A DNA stretch of 64,000 nt from Chrysomallon squamiferum. Taxonomy: Eukaryota > Animalia > Mollusca. This document shows positions 63,116-64,000 of the stretch, in pieces. Under the pieces are notes generated by a model that saw only the letters and a program-made list of their open reading frames with translations, was not told where the DNA came from and did no database searches. The position numbers were made by a program, and so were the translations under genes. Location of the stretch: contig CM022678.1 in NCBI GenBank assembly GCA_012295275.1, positions 620,001 to 684,000 on the forward strand. Direction: 5' to 3'. Position 1 is the stretch's first letter; each line of letters opens with the position of its first letter.

Positions 63116-63207
<92 letters not shown>
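62734..63207. repeat. (AAC)n then (GA)n/(GAGACA)n microsatellites
   Basis: Directly visible. Similar simple repeats lie at 8270-8350, 8600-8745, 11880-12025, 50198-50287, 51670-51732, 54118-54199, 56840-56937 and 59210-59450. Confidence 0.9.
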
Positions 63208-63209
<2 letters not shown>

Positions 63210-63416
63210 GAAACAAAATATAACACCATCCTATTGTAAGTAAACATTTTTGACAACCGTATATAAAATTCTACATTCTACAAAAACGCCATCATTGCGA
63301 GTAGACATAAAACATATGTTTTACCTTTTCATCTGAACAATCCGGAAAACGCTTCATTTTGAAAATAACTTTTAGTTTTACACTCGCAGTTTATCTAGAA
63401 AGAAATCTTTTGTTTA

Positions 63417-63894
63417 CACCTGTAACTTACAAAGAAAATGCTCTTACCTCTTTGTGAATGAAGAGAACAGCCAGGTAACTGTGTTATCAGAAGTCCTAAG
63501 ACGACACCTGTAGATAATTCAGTGTTTGTGAACTCTTCTCACAGGTAGCTGGTGTTCATTTCGACAGGTATAACGAACGGTCACGTGAGCCGCGCCAGGT
63601 AAAATTTTATCTGTTTTTCCCTAAACTCGCAAACGTTGTCCTATTTCCCCCCTCTCCTCATCAGCCCACCTAATTAGTCATACGCAAACATCTCGAAGTA
63701 ATAACCGTGTCTAATTCCCTCCCCCCTCCGTCTACTTAAAAACCAGCCTGGGGGGAGGTAGGTGTAAAAATAGATCCTTAATAAGCCTGTAGCGGGGGGA
63801 AAAAAAACATTGACAAATTCTGCTGGTCATTCATGCATGAAAAAATCTGCGCCAGTTTTGCAGGTAATAATTTACCTGTCTTCGTGTGCACCTG
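63417..63894. promoter_or_regulatory. Candidate cis-regulatory module: cluster of nine CAGGT(A/G) boxes in CpG-rich DNA
   Basis: Sites at 63417, 63472, 63505, 63542, 63565, 63596, 63861, 63873 and 63889 on both strands. Confidence 0.35.
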
Positions 63895-64000
63895 AGCGTG
63901 ACCAGATTAAAGGTCTTATCCGCGTTTACGTCACCCTCGTGTCAAAGCGAAAATACATCACGTCGAGAACACGTTAGACGGAAGTAAACATGTATTTACC

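Overview
AT-rich, microsatellite-laden animal genomic DNA with spliceosomal introns, probably from a lophotrochozoan such as a mollusc (inference from gene families and repeat style). I reconstructed six genes by hand. (1) A + strand NLR-like gene (15785-26311): small phase-1 exons, one encoding a RHIM-like motif, spliced in frame to a ~7.3 kb exon with an nSTAND3-like P-loop NTPase and >40 ankyrin repeats that are homogeneous in scaffold and hypervariable at set positions. (2) DNAJC27/RBJ (- strand, 7 exons), two of whose acceptor/exon-start segments are tandemly amplified. (3) A 7-exon enoyl-CoA hydratase-like gene (- strand). (4-6) Three intronless class A GPCRs, two of which share a 266-bp near-identical tract. 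The first 14 kb holds duplicated copies of the NTPase-ANK upstream region, a collapsed relic of a paralog and a degraded LINE. Several single-base homopolymer frameshifts look like assembly errors. Lead hypothesis: an animal RHIM-STAND-ANK immune receptor with the architecture of fungal and bacterial amyloid-signalling NLRs, in a birth-and-death locus.
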